Positions 51,767 through 61,933 of a DNA stretch of 64,000 nucleotides are shown piece after piece (position 1 is the stretch's first letter; each line of letters starts with the position of its first letter). The position numbers were made by a program, and so were the translations under genes. The notes below the pieces were generated by a model. That model saw only the letters and a list, made by a program, of their open reading frames with translations, was not told the origin of the DNA and made no database searches. Source of the stretch: Candidatus Latescibacterota bacterium (GTDB taxonomy: Bacteria > Latescibacterota > UBA2968); the NCBI GenBank assembly GCA_965205975.1, contig OZ242195.1:2080001-2144000 (forward strand), given 5' to 3'.

Positions 51767-51932
51767 CTTAATACGAAAATTAAATGATGAGGGTTGTGTG
51801 TTTGTCCGCCATGGGGGAAAGCATGACATTTACAAAAACCCCAACACGGGCATATCTCAGCCTGTTCCTCGCCATAGAGAAATTGACAAAGGAACCGCAA
51901 TGCGTATCATTAAGGCACTTACGGCTGGCTGA
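51753..51932 (+). CDS. hicA: HicA-family mRNA interferase toxin (59 aa, below the ORF-track cutoff)
   Basis: MKRVDLIRKLNDEGCVFVRHGGKHDIYKNPNTGISQPVPRHREIDKGTAMRIIKALTAG. Confidence 0.9.
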   Translation: MKRVDLIRKLNDEGCVFVRHGGKHDIYKNPNTGISQPVPRHREIDKGTAMRIIKALTAG

Positions 51933-52038
51933 GTCAGGCATTGCCTGACCTGTTTCCACTCTGTCTCAGGCTCTAAAAAAAACCTCAACTTGACACAATA
52001 ATCCGTTTTGTCGTGTACTGTGTTGTACAATAAAAAAA

Positions 52039-52123
52039 TGCCGAGGACGGGACTCGAACCCGTACGGGCGATTAGCCCAAGGGATTTTAAGTCCCTCGTG
52101 TCTACCAGTTCCACCACCTCGGC
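52039..52123 (-). tRNA. tRNA-Leu(TAA)
   Basis: GCCGAGG acceptor stem, anticodon loop CTTAAAA, long variable arm, GGTTCGAGTCC; CCA not encoded. Confidence 0.95.
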
Positions 52124-52186
52124 ACAGTATGGCAAAAAATAGACAAAGACGCCATGCTTGTCAAACACGCAATTTCCCATACAAGT

Positions 52187-52227
52187 AACCGGTCAATCCC
52201 ATCGTCGAGATTGACCGGTTGATTTTT
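52187..52227. terminator. Hairpin between the tRNA genes
   Basis: AACCGGTCAATC-loop-GATTGACCGGTT. Confidence 0.6.
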
Positions 52228-52300
52228 GGAGGTGCCGGGCGGATTCGAACCGCCGATAAAGGCTTTGCAGGCCTCTGCCTTACCGCTTGGCCACGGCACC
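52227..52300 (-). tRNA. tRNA-Cys(GCA)
   Basis: GGTGCCG acceptor stem, loop CTGCAAA, GGTTCGAATCC, encoded CCA. Confidence 0.95.
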
Positions 52301-52368
52301 CGATATGCTGTTTTTAATCCGCGAAGCGTTAAAATACCGTACTTTATATCGAATGTCAAGGGGGTGTA

Positions 52369-53022
52369 TTAACGCGCAGCCCAGTTAATACCGCGCCGCT
52401 GGATCTCTTTCGCCTCTGGAACATTGAAATCCACGGCTTTGTGCCCCAGGGAAGAGTAAAACACGCGTCCCTGTCCCCACATGCGCTTCCAAACCACCGG
52501 CATTACACAACCATTGACCCAGGGGGCCACATCGGTCTCAAACGTCGTTGTCACCAGCACTTCATTTCCCGGATCAGTATGCATATAATACTGCTCGGAA
52601 TGCATCGCAAAATCGCTCAGACCCGCCACAATCGGATCATCTGCTTTTTCCGGCACAATATTGACCTCATAATCGATCACCCCACCCGGGTGCGACACCC
52701 ACTGCCCGCCCGTCATCCACTGATAGCCCGTATTATTGCGAAATGCATCGCACATCCCACCGTGCCATCCCGCCAGTCCAACGCCACTCTTAACCGCCCC
52801 TTGAAGCCCCTGTTCCTGTTCTTTCTCAATACTCCCCATCGTCCAACAAGGCACAACAACGCTCAGTTCCGACATGTAATCCGCATCCGTATAAACATCC
52901 ATTGAATCGCGAACATCTACGTCAAATCCATCCGCTTCCAGCAACGGCGCAAAAATATCCACACATTCCTTTGGCTCGTGCCCTTGCCAACCACCCCATA
53001 CCATCAAAGCTTTCTTGCTCAT
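52369..53022 (-). CDS. ThuA-like domain protein
   Basis: [32 protein letters not shown]. Confidence 0.88.
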   Translation of the reverse strand: MSKKALMVWGGWQGHEPKECVDIFAPLLEADGFDVDVRDSMDVYTDADYMSELSVVVPCWTMGSIEKEQEQGLQGAVKSGVGLAGWHGGMCDAFRNNTGYQWMTGGQWVSHPGGVIDYEVNIVPEKADDPIVAGLSDFAMHSEQYYMHTDPGNEVLVTTTFETDVAPWVNGCVMPVVWKRMWGQGRVFYSSLGHKAVDFNVPEAKEIQRRGINWAAR

Positions 53023-53047
53023 CTTTGTCTCCTTATTTGAAAATCTA

Positions 53048-54103
53048 TCAACTGCCCAGCGCAAAAGCCAGACCTCGTTCCTCTGCTGTTTTCTTCAGAT
53101 CATTCAACGTAACCGCATTCAACGGTATGCCACGCGTGCGATACTCGTTCCGCCGCAGGGCTTCGGGTTCACCAGGAGCAAATAGCCGATCCACCCCAGG
53201 CGCCCTTTTGCAGGCATGAATCTGCTGAATCGCATTGTCAACCCGCGCCTTGAATCGCGCCACATCTTCAAAAGCACCCACCCGAATAGCCGCCACAAAA
53301 TGACCATCTTCACCTGCCTGTGGTCCCTCTTCCATATTGCCCAATTCGGTGCCATAGCTCGCGCCGGATAACATAGAAGACAAAATCCCCATCACCATGG
53401 CCAGCGCCACACCCTTAAATTGCCCAATCGGCATCAGCAGGCCATCTATCGCCTTTACGGGATCGGTCGTCGGCACCCCGTCCGCATCCATGGCCCATCC
53501 TTCTGGCAAGGTCAGCCCTTTTTGTTCATATACGCGGATTTTCCCATGCGCAGAGCCGGAAAATGCCGCGTCAAAAACAATGGGAAATTCCCTACCGGCG
53601 GGAATCGCCACGCTCAGAGGGTTGATACCCAGGACGCGCTCGGCGCCTCCCCACGGAGCCATTGTGGGCAGGGCATTGGTCGTCGCAATCCCAATCATAT
53701 CGCAATCCAGGGCCATACGCGCAAAATACCCCACGGCACCGCAGTGATTACTGCCCCGAATACCCGCGGCTGCCATACCAATATCCCGAGCACGATCAAT
53801 CACCTGCTGCATCGCAAACGCCGTCCCAATCTGCCCCATAGAATTGCCCCCATCCACCACGAGACACGCCCCATTATCCTTCACCACCTCGGGTTTACCA
53901 TCTGGATCCACGCCATCGACCGTCAACTTCCTCACGTATTCGGGAACGCGCAATACCCCATGCGAATGTATGCCACCGAGATCGGCATCCACCAGCGAAT
54001 CCGCCAACAGATATGCATCCCCTGCACGCATCTCACACGTCTTAAAAATCGCCTGCACCAGATCCAACAGTGCCCCAGCAGCCACACGCCTTTCATTCTC
54101 CAT
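53048..54103 (-). CDS. Ldh_2 family (malate/L-sulfolactate-type) oxidoreductase
   Basis: GIHSHG, SNHCGA, LGINP, KG..LA, PGEPE. Confidence 0.9.
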   Translation of the reverse strand: MENERRVAAGALLDLVQAIFKTCEMRAGDAYLLADSLVDADLGGIHSHGVLRVPEYVRKLTVDGVDPDGKPEVVKDNGACLVVDGGNSMGQIGTAFAMQQVIDRARDIGMAAAGIRGSNHCGAVGYFARMALDCDMIGIATTNALPTMAPWGGAERVLGINPLSVAIPAGREFPIVFDAAFSGSAHGKIRVYEQKGLTLPEGWAMDADGVPTTDPVKAIDGLLMPIGQFKGVALAMVMGILSSMLSGASYGTELGNMEEGPQAGEDGHFVAAIRVGAFEDVARFKARVDNAIQQIHACKRAPGVDRLFAPGEPEALRRNEYRTRGIPLNAVTLNDLKKTAEERGLAFALGS

Positions 54104-54107
54104 TGCA

Positions 54108-54533
54108 CTATCCCTCAAAAATCTCTCTAAATTTTTGGGGTACGGGTCTGATCCTCCGATTGCCATAATCGAGAAACACAATGCCCGTCTTTGCCCGCGC
54201 TACCTCCCGCCCATCGGATTTTGCACGCAAAAGATAAAACAAATCACACCCCGTGCGCGAAAAATTGCACACCGCCACATCGCCCACAAGCGTCTCGCCG
54301 TAAAAAGCCTCGCTTCGAAAAACAATCACAGCATCAATCATCAAAATACCCACGCCATCCACATCCAACTCCGTAAAACCATACTCTGCAAACAAACGCG
54401 CACGCACCTCATGGCACAGGGACAACACCGCATCGTTACCCAGATGCCCACCGTAATTGATATCCGAAACTCTCAACGAGATTTCAGTTGTAAAAATGAA
54501 CTCATCGGGTAATACCAGCTTCACCCTGCCCAT
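54108..54533 (-). CDS. Hotdog-fold acyl-CoA thioesterase
   Basis: RVSDINYGGHLGND. Confidence 0.85.
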   Translation of the reverse strand: MGRVKLVLPDEFIFTTEISLRVSDINYGGHLGNDAVLSLCHEVRARLFAEYGFTELDVDGVGILMIDAVIVFRSEAFYGETLVGDVAVCNFSRTGCDLFYLLRAKSDGREVARAKTGIVFLDYGNRRIRPVPQKFREIFEG

Positions 54534-54554
54534 CTGCCCTCCAAATCTACGCGC

Positions 54555-55292
54555 TCAACACTTGCACGCCACATGCCGATCTTCGTATATCCCCTTCAAA
54601 AATTTCTCGGGATTGAGTTCTTCTGGCAAATAATGCCAGGCCGTGCTATAGCGCGTGCGATTGCTGTGATTATCATAGGAACCGTGCAGAAGATTGGCGG
54701 AAAACAGAACAACCGTACCAGCGGGAATGACCAGATCTACAGCCTGCGCTTCATCGACCTCTGTCCAACTGCCGTGCCGGCCTATGTTTCTGCGGTGCTC
54801 GGCAATCTCGCCCATCCGGTGACTGCCGGGCACCACCCGCAAACACCCATTCTCCACATCTGAATCTTCCAGATAAATCCCGCAACTGATAATGCAATCC
54901 GTATCAGTTCCAAAATAAAAATTATCCTGATGCCAACCCGTTGACGTACCGCCATTGGGCAACTTGGGAAAAAACTTGGTACCAAACACATCGATATTTT
55001 CACCAATCAATACTGCCACGCGGTCTAAAATCGCCGGCTCGCGCGCCAGTTCCAATACGCGGACATCAACCACGCAAACGCCTTGAATTTTATGTAACAA
55101 ACCCGCTCGGGGCACACCTCGCTCGTCTAACTCGAGTGTCCAGTGCGGCACCTGCTCGGTCAGCTCGCGCCCCTCTGCGACCAGTTCATCAAAAACCTGC
55201 TTGTAATAGGCCAATCTCTCGCCCTGGATCAGGGCTTTAAAAACGAGATACCCATCTTCTCGAAACTGCTGCACCTGTTCGTCTGTCAACAT
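54555..55292 (-). CDS. Phytanoyl-CoA dioxygenase family protein
   Basis: WHQD, ENGCL..PGSH, HGS..N.S..R. Confidence 0.9.
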   Translation of the reverse strand: MLTDEQVQQFREDGYLVFKALIQGERLAYYKQVFDELVAEGRELTEQVPHWTLELDERGVPRAGLLHKIQGVCVVDVRVLELAREPAILDRVAVLIGENIDVFGTKFFPKLPNGGTSTGWHQDNFYFGTDTDCIISCGIYLEDSDVENGCLRVVPGSHRMGEIAEHRRNIGRHGSWTEVDEAQAVDLVIPAGTVVLFSANLLHGSYDNHSNRTRYSTAWHYLPEELNPEKFLKGIYEDRHVACKC

Positions 55293-55307
55293 AAAACCCT
55301 CCCTTGA

Positions 55308-55407
55308 TCAGGATTTTCAGGATCTTCAGGATACCACGGATCACAACAGCGGGCGACCACGAGGGTCGCCCCTACAATCATCTGTGTTAATCTGTGTTAA
55401 TCTGTGG
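55308..55407. repeat. Composite element: TCAGGAT x3, GTAG-type REP hairpin, ATCTGTGTTA x3
   Basis: GGGCGACCacgaGGGTCGCCCCTAC (minus strand begins GTAGGGGCGACC) flanked by short tandem repeats. Confidence 0.8.
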
Positions 55408-56346
55408 TTGCTTTCGAATTTCCCGATTCAACTTCGCGGCCTTCACCAACCCGCGCTCAAGCAATTGGTAATAGGCTGCAGAATCCATCGTCGCTTTTTT
55501 TTTCACCAGAACCTGCACCTCGTCAATCGCCTTGCCATAAGCTGCAACAAGCGCGGGCGAAGCACCTTTGGGAACGCGAAAATTGAGCAAAAAACAACGG
55601 TCAGCCAACAACCCATCACCCTCGCCAATATCGGACAGACGCGTACCCAACCTATCGCCATTATCGTCCAAAATCGCGTTCTCTGTCGCGATCAGCCCCT
55701 CACTCAAAAACCAGGCATCTGTCAGCGAAGATGCTTGTGTGCAAATTTCCAGAACCGAAATGTGGTCATCGCGATTTTGATCGGCGCTGCCATCCTCCAA
55801 TGCCTGCACAAAAAAACCCATAAATTGCGTGGCATTGCGCTGATCTGTACTGCGCGTACTCGCGCATATAATACGCCCATCTCGACTCAGTGCATTGACA
55901 AAAGGCGCACTCATCGACGCGGCATTGACAACAATAATGCGCTGCGCGGACAGCATCTTCAAAAATACATCCAGATCTTCCGCTGTCAAATCCGCACCCG
56001 GAATATTCAACTTGCCAACCTGACGCCGATAGCTCCCGTGCCCAATCAAAAAAATGAACACATCGTCACCCGGCGTTACCCGCTCCGACAAACCGCGGAA
56101 TACATTGCGGATGCCTTTTAACGATGAATTACCATCGGCATTCTCACCCGTCTCATTCACCAATAGCACATTTGCCGCGGGATGATCGCATCGATCAATC
56201 AGCACCCGGCGCAAACGCTGCCCCCAATCGTCAAACCGCTCGGAATACTCATCCTCTCCACCACTGCCACTGATAATCACATCGAAAACAGCGGCATTTG
56301 TCTGCGCCAGCATCAATACCCAAATAGGGAAAACCCATAATTTCAC
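55387..56346 (-). CDS. Secreted caspase/C13-like fold protein, apparently lacking the catalytic Cys
   Basis: Signal peptide, LIGHGS; NAASMS where a Cys motif is expected. Confidence 0.5.
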   Translation of the reverse strand: MKLWVFPIWVLMLAQTNAAVFDVIISGSGGEDEYSERFDDWGQRLRRVLIDRCDHPAANVLLVNETGENADGNSSLKGIRNVFRGLSERVTPGDDVFIFLIGHGSYRRQVGKLNIPGADLTAEDLDVFLKMLSAQRIIVVNAASMSAPFVNALSRDGRIICASTRSTDQRNATQFMGFFVQALEDGSADQNRDDHISVLEICTQASSLTDAWFLSEGLIATENAILDDNGDRLGTRLSDIGEGDGLLADRCFLLNFRVPKGASPALVAAYGKAIDEVQVLVKKKATMDSAAYYQLLERGLVKAAKLNREIRKQPQINTD

Positions 56347-58700
56347 GGCTCACCCCGCTTCCGTCTCAAATACCATTCAAGGCCGAGCAACAACACAAGT
56401 ACTATATAAAAAGGCGGAAAATGCCACAACGGAAAACGATCCAATCGCGCATGAGCCTGATCGGTATATGGAATCTGCTCGGCCAATTCATCCAGCGCGT
56501 CCAACTCGATAAATTTGCCCCCCGTGTGTGCAGACAGACGTTTCAAAAAATCGGGATTATAACGCGCAGACAAAAACTCGAGATTATCCGGACGCGCCAG
56601 CACAGCAGCGTCCAGTTGCCCGACATCTGCGCCATCGGCATCGCGTGCAGTAAGTCTTACGCGGTGCAATCCCGCTTCTGTGGCCTCAAAAATCGCTGAA
56701 TACGCCCCCACCTCGGCAATAGACTCAGAAACCGGCAATCTAATCGTCCCACCATTCGGTATCTCGACCTGCACATCGACGGACAGCCCTTCTCGGGATT
56801 CAAAAAGAGAATCGCGCACCACAAACTTCAAATCGCGCAGGTCCCCCACCACAACATCCTCGCCGCTATCGATCATCGTCACAGGCTCTGGCACCCGCAT
56901 CGCCAGCAAACGCGCCAACTGCCGCCAAAAGCGTTCGTGGGCGGCATTGTCAACATTCTGCATCATCTGCCACTGCCACGTCTCGCCCGTTCCCAGTGCC
57001 GCACTCAAACCCTCTCCATATCGCTGCCATGCAAACAGCGGTTGTCCACCCACAGCTTCAGACTCGGCATCCACCGTCGCCATCACCGTTGCACCAGCGC
57101 GCACAGACGCAAACGCATTGACCCCGTAAAGCGCCGACAAATTCGCCCACTGCTCCGCATTGGCTTCGGCATCTTCACTCAAAGACCAGACCCCTGACAA
57201 TAAGCCTTCAATCGTCGGCTTGGCTCGAAAAGCCACATCGTCGTAATCGCCCGCAGGTCCCAACACAACGGGTAACATCGGTTCAATAGTCGAATGTGCC
57301 CATCCGCCCTCTGAGTATGCACGCGGACCGCCCAGCATCAAAAAACTGCCCCCGCGTTTGGACACAAATTCCCGCGTCAAATTGAGTTGTGCAAGAGAAA
57401 AGAAATCGCGCTCAATATCCCCCCAGATCACCAGATGGTAGCGAAAAAGTTCTGAAACATCTGAGGGATACCCACTTGCCAACTCCGATTTTGACACACC
57501 AATGCGGATAAAAACCGCTTCGTCATAACGCGGCGCATTCAACGCCTGATCGTCAAAGCCCTCAAAAAGGGGATTCGCCATCGTCGCATCGCGTCCCCGA
57601 AATACAAACTTGCGCTCGGCACCAGAAATGCGAACCAGACTCGACAGAACGAGTTGCGGCGCCCCATCTAAAGCACGTCTCAAAAACTTGCCCTCCCAAT
57701 TGGGCCGCCCGCTAAAATACAAAATGCGAAAAACGCGCTCGCGATTATCCACCAGAATATCCCGCGCATTATTCGCAGCAATGCGATCTTTGGTCGCAAC
57801 ACCCGTAGTATCTGCCAAACGCGTTCTCACGCGATGTGATAGCCAGCCATCTCTTTGCGGGTCAAAATGGAGCCGAACATAATTCTCTTCTTGCGGTCCC
57901 ACAATAGAGAGCGGTGACGACGCCACCACCCGCGTGCCGTCCAGCACCTCAACCATTACATCTTCACCACCCAGCCCCTCGGCCACCACCCGCGCTGTAA
58001 CCGCCACCTCATCGGACCGCACGCGCGACACCGACACATCGGCCAATGCCAGATCGCGCCAGAGATCATCGCGACCTACCCCCACCGTAAAAACGGGCAC
58101 ATCGCGGGGCAAATCCGTTATCGGAACAGGCGCAGCACTTTGCTGTACCCCATCGCTAAACACCACCACAGCCGATACTGCAGCACCCGACATTTTCTTG
58201 AGCACCCCGCGAACTGCACCGACAATATCTGATCGCCCCTGATCAAACACCAGGTCTTCAACCGCATTTACGCGCGCTGTTGTGCTGCCAAACCGAAACC
58301 GCGCCACCTGGTGAGACTGTGTCAACACGCGCTCAAAATCCGACGCCTGATACGCCTCCACAAATCGTTCTGCCCGCGTCTCTCCACCATTTTCAGACAC
58401 CGTCATACTGCGAGAATCATCAAACAGAACAGGCACAAAATGCGTGCCAGGCTCCAATCTCTGCGCCACCAGCGCAGGCCCCAATAACAAAAATAGCACC
58501 AGCGTCAATGCCAGCGCGCGCAACCCAATCAACACCTTTGAAAGCGCAGGGCGCCGCCTGTGCCAAAGAACCAAACTCACACAAAAAACAACGCCGAGCA
58601 AGACCAGCGCCACAGGCCCTGCGACATCCAGTGCAAACCGCACATCGCGATACGCAACGGCGCGATCCCCGGCCAATAAGTGTAATAACCAGTCAGTCAC
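56343..58700 (-). CDS. Membrane-anchored vWA + glutamine amidotransferase-like protein
   Basis: DDSRSM MIDAS, FSDG, GGSFLMLGG, C-terminal TM EWYLRR. Confidence 0.75.
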   Translation of the reverse strand: MTDWLLHLLAGDRAVAYRDVRFALDVAGPVALVLLGVVFCVSLVLWHRRRPALSKVLIGLRALALTLVLFLLLGPALVAQRLEPGTHFVPVLFDDSRSMTVSENGGETRAERFVEAYQASDFERVLTQSHQVARFRFGSTTARVNAVEDLVFDQGRSDIVGAVRGVLKKMSGAAVSAVVVFSDGVQQSAAPVPITDLPRDVPVFTVGVGRDDLWRDLALADVSVSRVRSDEVAVTARVVAEGLGGEDVMVEVLDGTRVVASSPLSIVGPQEENYVRLHFDPQRDGWLSHRVRTRLADTTGVATKDRIAANNARDILVDNRERVFRILYFSGRPNWEGKFLRRALDGAPQLVLSSLVRISGAERKFVFRGRDATMANPLFEGFDDQALNAPRYDEAVFIRIGVSKSELASGYPSDVSELFRYHLVIWGDIERDFFSLAQLNLTREFVSKRGGSFLMLGGPRAYSEGGWAHSTIEPMLPVVLGPAGDYDDVAFRAKPTIEGLLSGVWSLSEDAEANAEQWANLSALYGVNAFASVRAGATVMATVDAESEAVGGQPLFAWQRYGEGLSAALGTGETWQWQMMQNVDNAAHERFWRQLARLLAMRVPEPVTMIDSGEDVVVGDLRDLKFVVRDSLFESREGLSVDVQVEIPNGGTIRLPVSESIAEVGAYSAIFEATEAGLHRVRLTARDADGADVGQLDAAVLARPDNLEFLSARYNPDFLKRLSAHTGGKFIELDALDELAEQIPYTDQAHARLDRFPLWHFPPFYIVLVLLLGLEWYLRRKRGEP

Positions 58701-61700
58701 TTCTCATTTTCCGTCAATGCCTTAAAATACTCGGCAACGCGGGTGCGGTATTGCTCGGGAATTTCATCTGTCTTACCAGCGGAAAATCCGTAATCGCTTT
58801 TTCGCTCGCGAATCAGATCCGACAATTCTTCGGCAGACAGCGTCAACGGCTTGATCGCGCGATCAAAAATCAAATCGTATTGCGGCACCGTCCCCTCGCG
58901 ATAATAATCGCGCCCAATACCCGCCAGATCTTCGCGGATACCCGTCAAACGCTGTCGCACACCCAAATCAGCCGGCAAAAGCGACTCGGCCTCGCGCAAT
59001 CGATCCATCCAATCGCGAAAACCGCCTTCGGCAAAACGCCGCAACGCATCGGGGCTTTGCGGTCCCCATCCAAATCGCCCGTCACCATCCCCTCTTTCTC
59101 CCCCCATCACACTCTCCAAACGCTCCTGCGCCCGCTCCAGCGCTTCCAGATCATCGCGCACCAGAAGCTGCGCGACACCATCGAGTTTTTCCGCCGCCTG
59201 ATCCAACTTCTCCGCCACAACGCGCTCGTGTGTTTCCGACGCACGCCATGCCCCCAATCTCACCAATCGCTCGCCCGCTTGCATATCTTCAAAAATACCC
59301 TCCCGGCTCGTCTCGCGCAGCCAGTCATTGAGCTTTTGCGACATCAAACCCTGGCTTTCAGCGGCCTTTTCTGCCAACGCACTCGCCTCCTCCATCATAT
59401 CGCGGAACTCATCGGCCGTGTGTTGCTTCTCTTCGAGCATCTCTCTCAACCCGCGCTCCGAATCAGACAGCGTTCCGCGCTGCGCCTGCTGTTCCTGTGC
59501 CTGTGCGACCAAACCCCGCTGTTGGGCGCGCAAACTATCCATATTATCTTGCAGCATCTTCATGCGCTCAGCAGCTGCCCCGCGCGATAAATTGCCCAAT
59601 TGCTCCTGCACATCGCGCAATGCGTCTAAAGCGCGATTGCCCGCAGCCCGTGCCCGTTGCAACTGATCGTTCTCCAGATTTTGCGCGCTGCGACTCATTT
59701 GCCGCCGCGCACCTTCCAATTGCTCCCGCGCCTGCCGCGCCTGTTGTGGATCCATATCCCCGGAAGCGATCTCGCCATTGACCGCATCGAGCGCATCCAT
59801 TGTCTGACGCTGCGCCTCGCGCAACTGCTCCAGGCGACGTTTGGCCTCCTCACGCGCTGCGCCATCCAGCTTTTCCACCTCTGAAATCAACTGCGCCACA
59901 TCTTCGTTAATCGCCGCCTGCCGCCTCGTCAATTCCTCAATTTTGTTTTGTGCCTCTGCCGTCTCGGCGAGTTGCTGTTGCAGTGTAGATGCCTCTTCCC
60001 GAAAATCTCGTCGCTGCGCCAACTCCAGACCATCTAACTCGCGTTGTTGTGCCTGGCCCCCACCGCCACCGCGCTGCCGCTGCCTGCCTTGCGCCACTTC
60101 AGACTCTCTCGGTCTCCTCTGCAACAGGTATCGATACGCGCGCTGAGCGTGCCCCCATGCCCTTGCCAATGCCGCATCGGGATCGTCAAAAGACGCCTCG
60201 CTCAGTGCCCCGATAACGCCCGCAAACTCAGCTTCCAAATCCGCCGCCGGATTCCTCACAGAACCCTGGACATTCTCCTGTGCTTCAATAATAGCGTGCT
60301 TCTGCTCATCGTATTCTTCCCGATCCATCCCCGACGCGCCTTTGCGCAAATTCCAGATCGCAATAATCACCTGCTTCTGACCCTCAGCACCACCCCGCTG
60401 CCCCCTGCCCTGCCCCTGCTGACCGCCCTCGTTGCTCACAGCCTGGCGATAGAGCCGTTCAAAAGGCCGAATCTCCAAAAAGTAGGGATCACCCAGATTC
60501 TCCACCTCAGACCGTCCGGGCTTGCCATCTTCTGCCCAAACCGTCCAGGTGATAAAATCGCCTGCCGCGAGACCCAAATCTTCCAATGCCATCGGATACT
60601 CACCCTCTGCACTCTCTATCCGCGCTGTCTCCGTCTTGAGAGAAATCCGCACGGGATCGCGCCCTGCAACCTCGTATTGCAAACCGTAATCCATAAGCCT
60701 GTAGTCATCTTTTATCGAAAACCCAAAAGCCACTTCCTCTATTGCCGTAGCCTCGTCATCCCCGCGTGGAAAACGAACCTGTATGCGCGGCGGCTGATCG
60801 ACCTTAGCAGTAATTTTATACGCGCGCGCATACTCATTTTCCTCGCCATCGGCATCTCGCAACGCCACCTCATATGAACCGTTCTTTATAATCGCCAGCG
60901 TACCTTCCCACACGGAATCGTCCGATTTTTCCAACGCCATTTCTTCCCCACCATCCAATACCAGGGCTGCCTTCTCCAACACTTTGTTCACCGTCACCGA
61001 CACCACCACCTCCGTGCCTTCGGGAGCCGTAATATCGCCCCCATAAGGCACATCTCGATCTTCCATTTCCAAATAGTCGGGATAGCGATATAGAAGTCCA
61101 ATTGACACGACTGCGGGCGGCGTCCACACCGAAAGTGTATAGACATCGGAACGATATGACCCAACCTGCACCTGGTATTCTGTATCGGCGTACAAATCGC
61201 GCAATTGATGGGCAAAAACATCGCCAGTCTCTCCAGGCTCTAAAGGCGCAGTTTGCCAGTCCCCGCCCGATGCTCGCCACTGAATCGCCTTACTCGCTCC
61301 TGAGAGATCTGTCGTCACCCACACCATCTGATGCGCCCCGCGCCGCACCCGTGCATCGCCCGGTTCAACGGTATAGGGCAATGGCAAACTCGGTACAGAA
61401 AACAACCGCCCTGCAATATCGCCCAGATCAACCTGCCACAGTACCAGGAGCAACACAACAGCCCCCAACCCCCACACCCCAACAACCGCGCGGCGCACGC
61501 GCGTCAAAACGCGCAAATCAATCACAGGAGGAGCCTGTATCGCCGACAATTCGCGCACCTGCTGAAACACCTGCTCGGTCATCCACTCGGAAACCGGCGT
61601 TGCCCCGTGCAGCGACACACTGCTCACGATCAGATCCTCAAGCTCGGGATGATGTGCATCGAGAAACAACGCGATCTGCTCTCGCGTCGCCACCGCCCGC

Positions 61701-61933
61701 TGCGGTACATACAACCACCTGTAACCCGCGCCAAAGACCAGAATAAAAAATGCTATCACTGGCACAACCACGGGCACGCGATCGGCAAAAGCTACCACAG
61801 CGCACACCCCAATCAGCAAGCCCAAAAACACCGCGCCAAATATTAACCGACCCTGCAAACGCCGCCGCCGTTCAAACTGCGCAGCCACTTCGCGGATCGC
61901 GTGTTCCAATTTAAGCGGTAGCAATGGTATCAT
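58697..61933 (-). CDS. DUF4175-like membrane protein with Ig-like and long coiled-coil regions
   Basis: N-terminal TMs, DQPP/DDY motifs, Q/E/A-rich coil, terminal PEQYR..V..YF. Confidence 0.7.
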   Translation of the reverse strand: MIPLLPLKLEHAIREVAAQFERRRRLQGRLIFGAVFLGLLIGVCAVVAFADRVPVVVPVIAFFILVFGAGYRWLYVPQRAVATREQIALFLDAHHPELEDLIVSSVSLHGATPVSEWMTEQVFQQVRELSAIQAPPVIDLRVLTRVRRAVVGVWGLGAVVLLLVLWQVDLGDIAGRLFSVPSLPLPYTVEPGDARVRRGAHQMVWVTTDLSGASKAIQWRASGGDWQTAPLEPGETGDVFAHQLRDLYADTEYQVQVGSYRSDVYTLSVWTPPAVVSIGLLYRYPDYLEMEDRDVPYGGDITAPEGTEVVVSVTVNKVLEKAALVLDGGEEMALEKSDDSVWEGTLAIIKNGSYEVALRDADGEENEYARAYKITAKVDQPPRIQVRFPRGDDEATAIEEVAFGFSIKDDYRLMDYGLQYEVAGRDPVRISLKTETARIESAEGEYPMALEDLGLAAGDFITWTVWAEDGKPGRSEVENLGDPYFLEIRPFERLYRQAVSNEGGQQGQGRGQRGGAEGQKQVIIAIWNLRKGASGMDREEYDEQKHAIIEAQENVQGSVRNPAADLEAEFAGVIGALSEASFDDPDAALARAWGHAQRAYRYLLQRRPRESEVAQGRQRQRGGGGGQAQQRELDGLELAQRRDFREEASTLQQQLAETAEAQNKIEELTRRQAAINEDVAQLISEVEKLDGAAREEAKRRLEQLREAQRQTMDALDAVNGEIASGDMDPQQARQAREQLEGARRQMSRSAQNLENDQLQRARAAGNRALDALRDVQEQLGNLSRGAAAERMKMLQDNMDSLRAQQRGLVAQAQEQQAQRGTLSDSERGLREMLEEKQHTADEFRDMMEEASALAEKAAESQGLMSQKLNDWLRETSREGIFEDMQAGERLVRLGAWRASETHERVVAEKLDQAAEKLDGVAQLLVRDDLEALERAQERLESVMGGERGDGDGRFGWGPQSPDALRRFAEGGFRDWMDRLREAESLLPADLGVRQRLTGIREDLAGIGRDYYREGTVPQYDLIFDRAIKPLTLSAEELSDLIRERKSDYGFSAGKTDEIPEQYRTRVAEYFKALTENEK

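Noticed and set aside
51140..52123. att duplication of the tRNA-Leu 3' end
   Set aside because: Only a 6-nt match (TGCCGA near 51149) seen by eye; no integrase
58280..59590. 436-aa + strand ORF
   Set aside because: Antisense shadow of the Bat-operon genes
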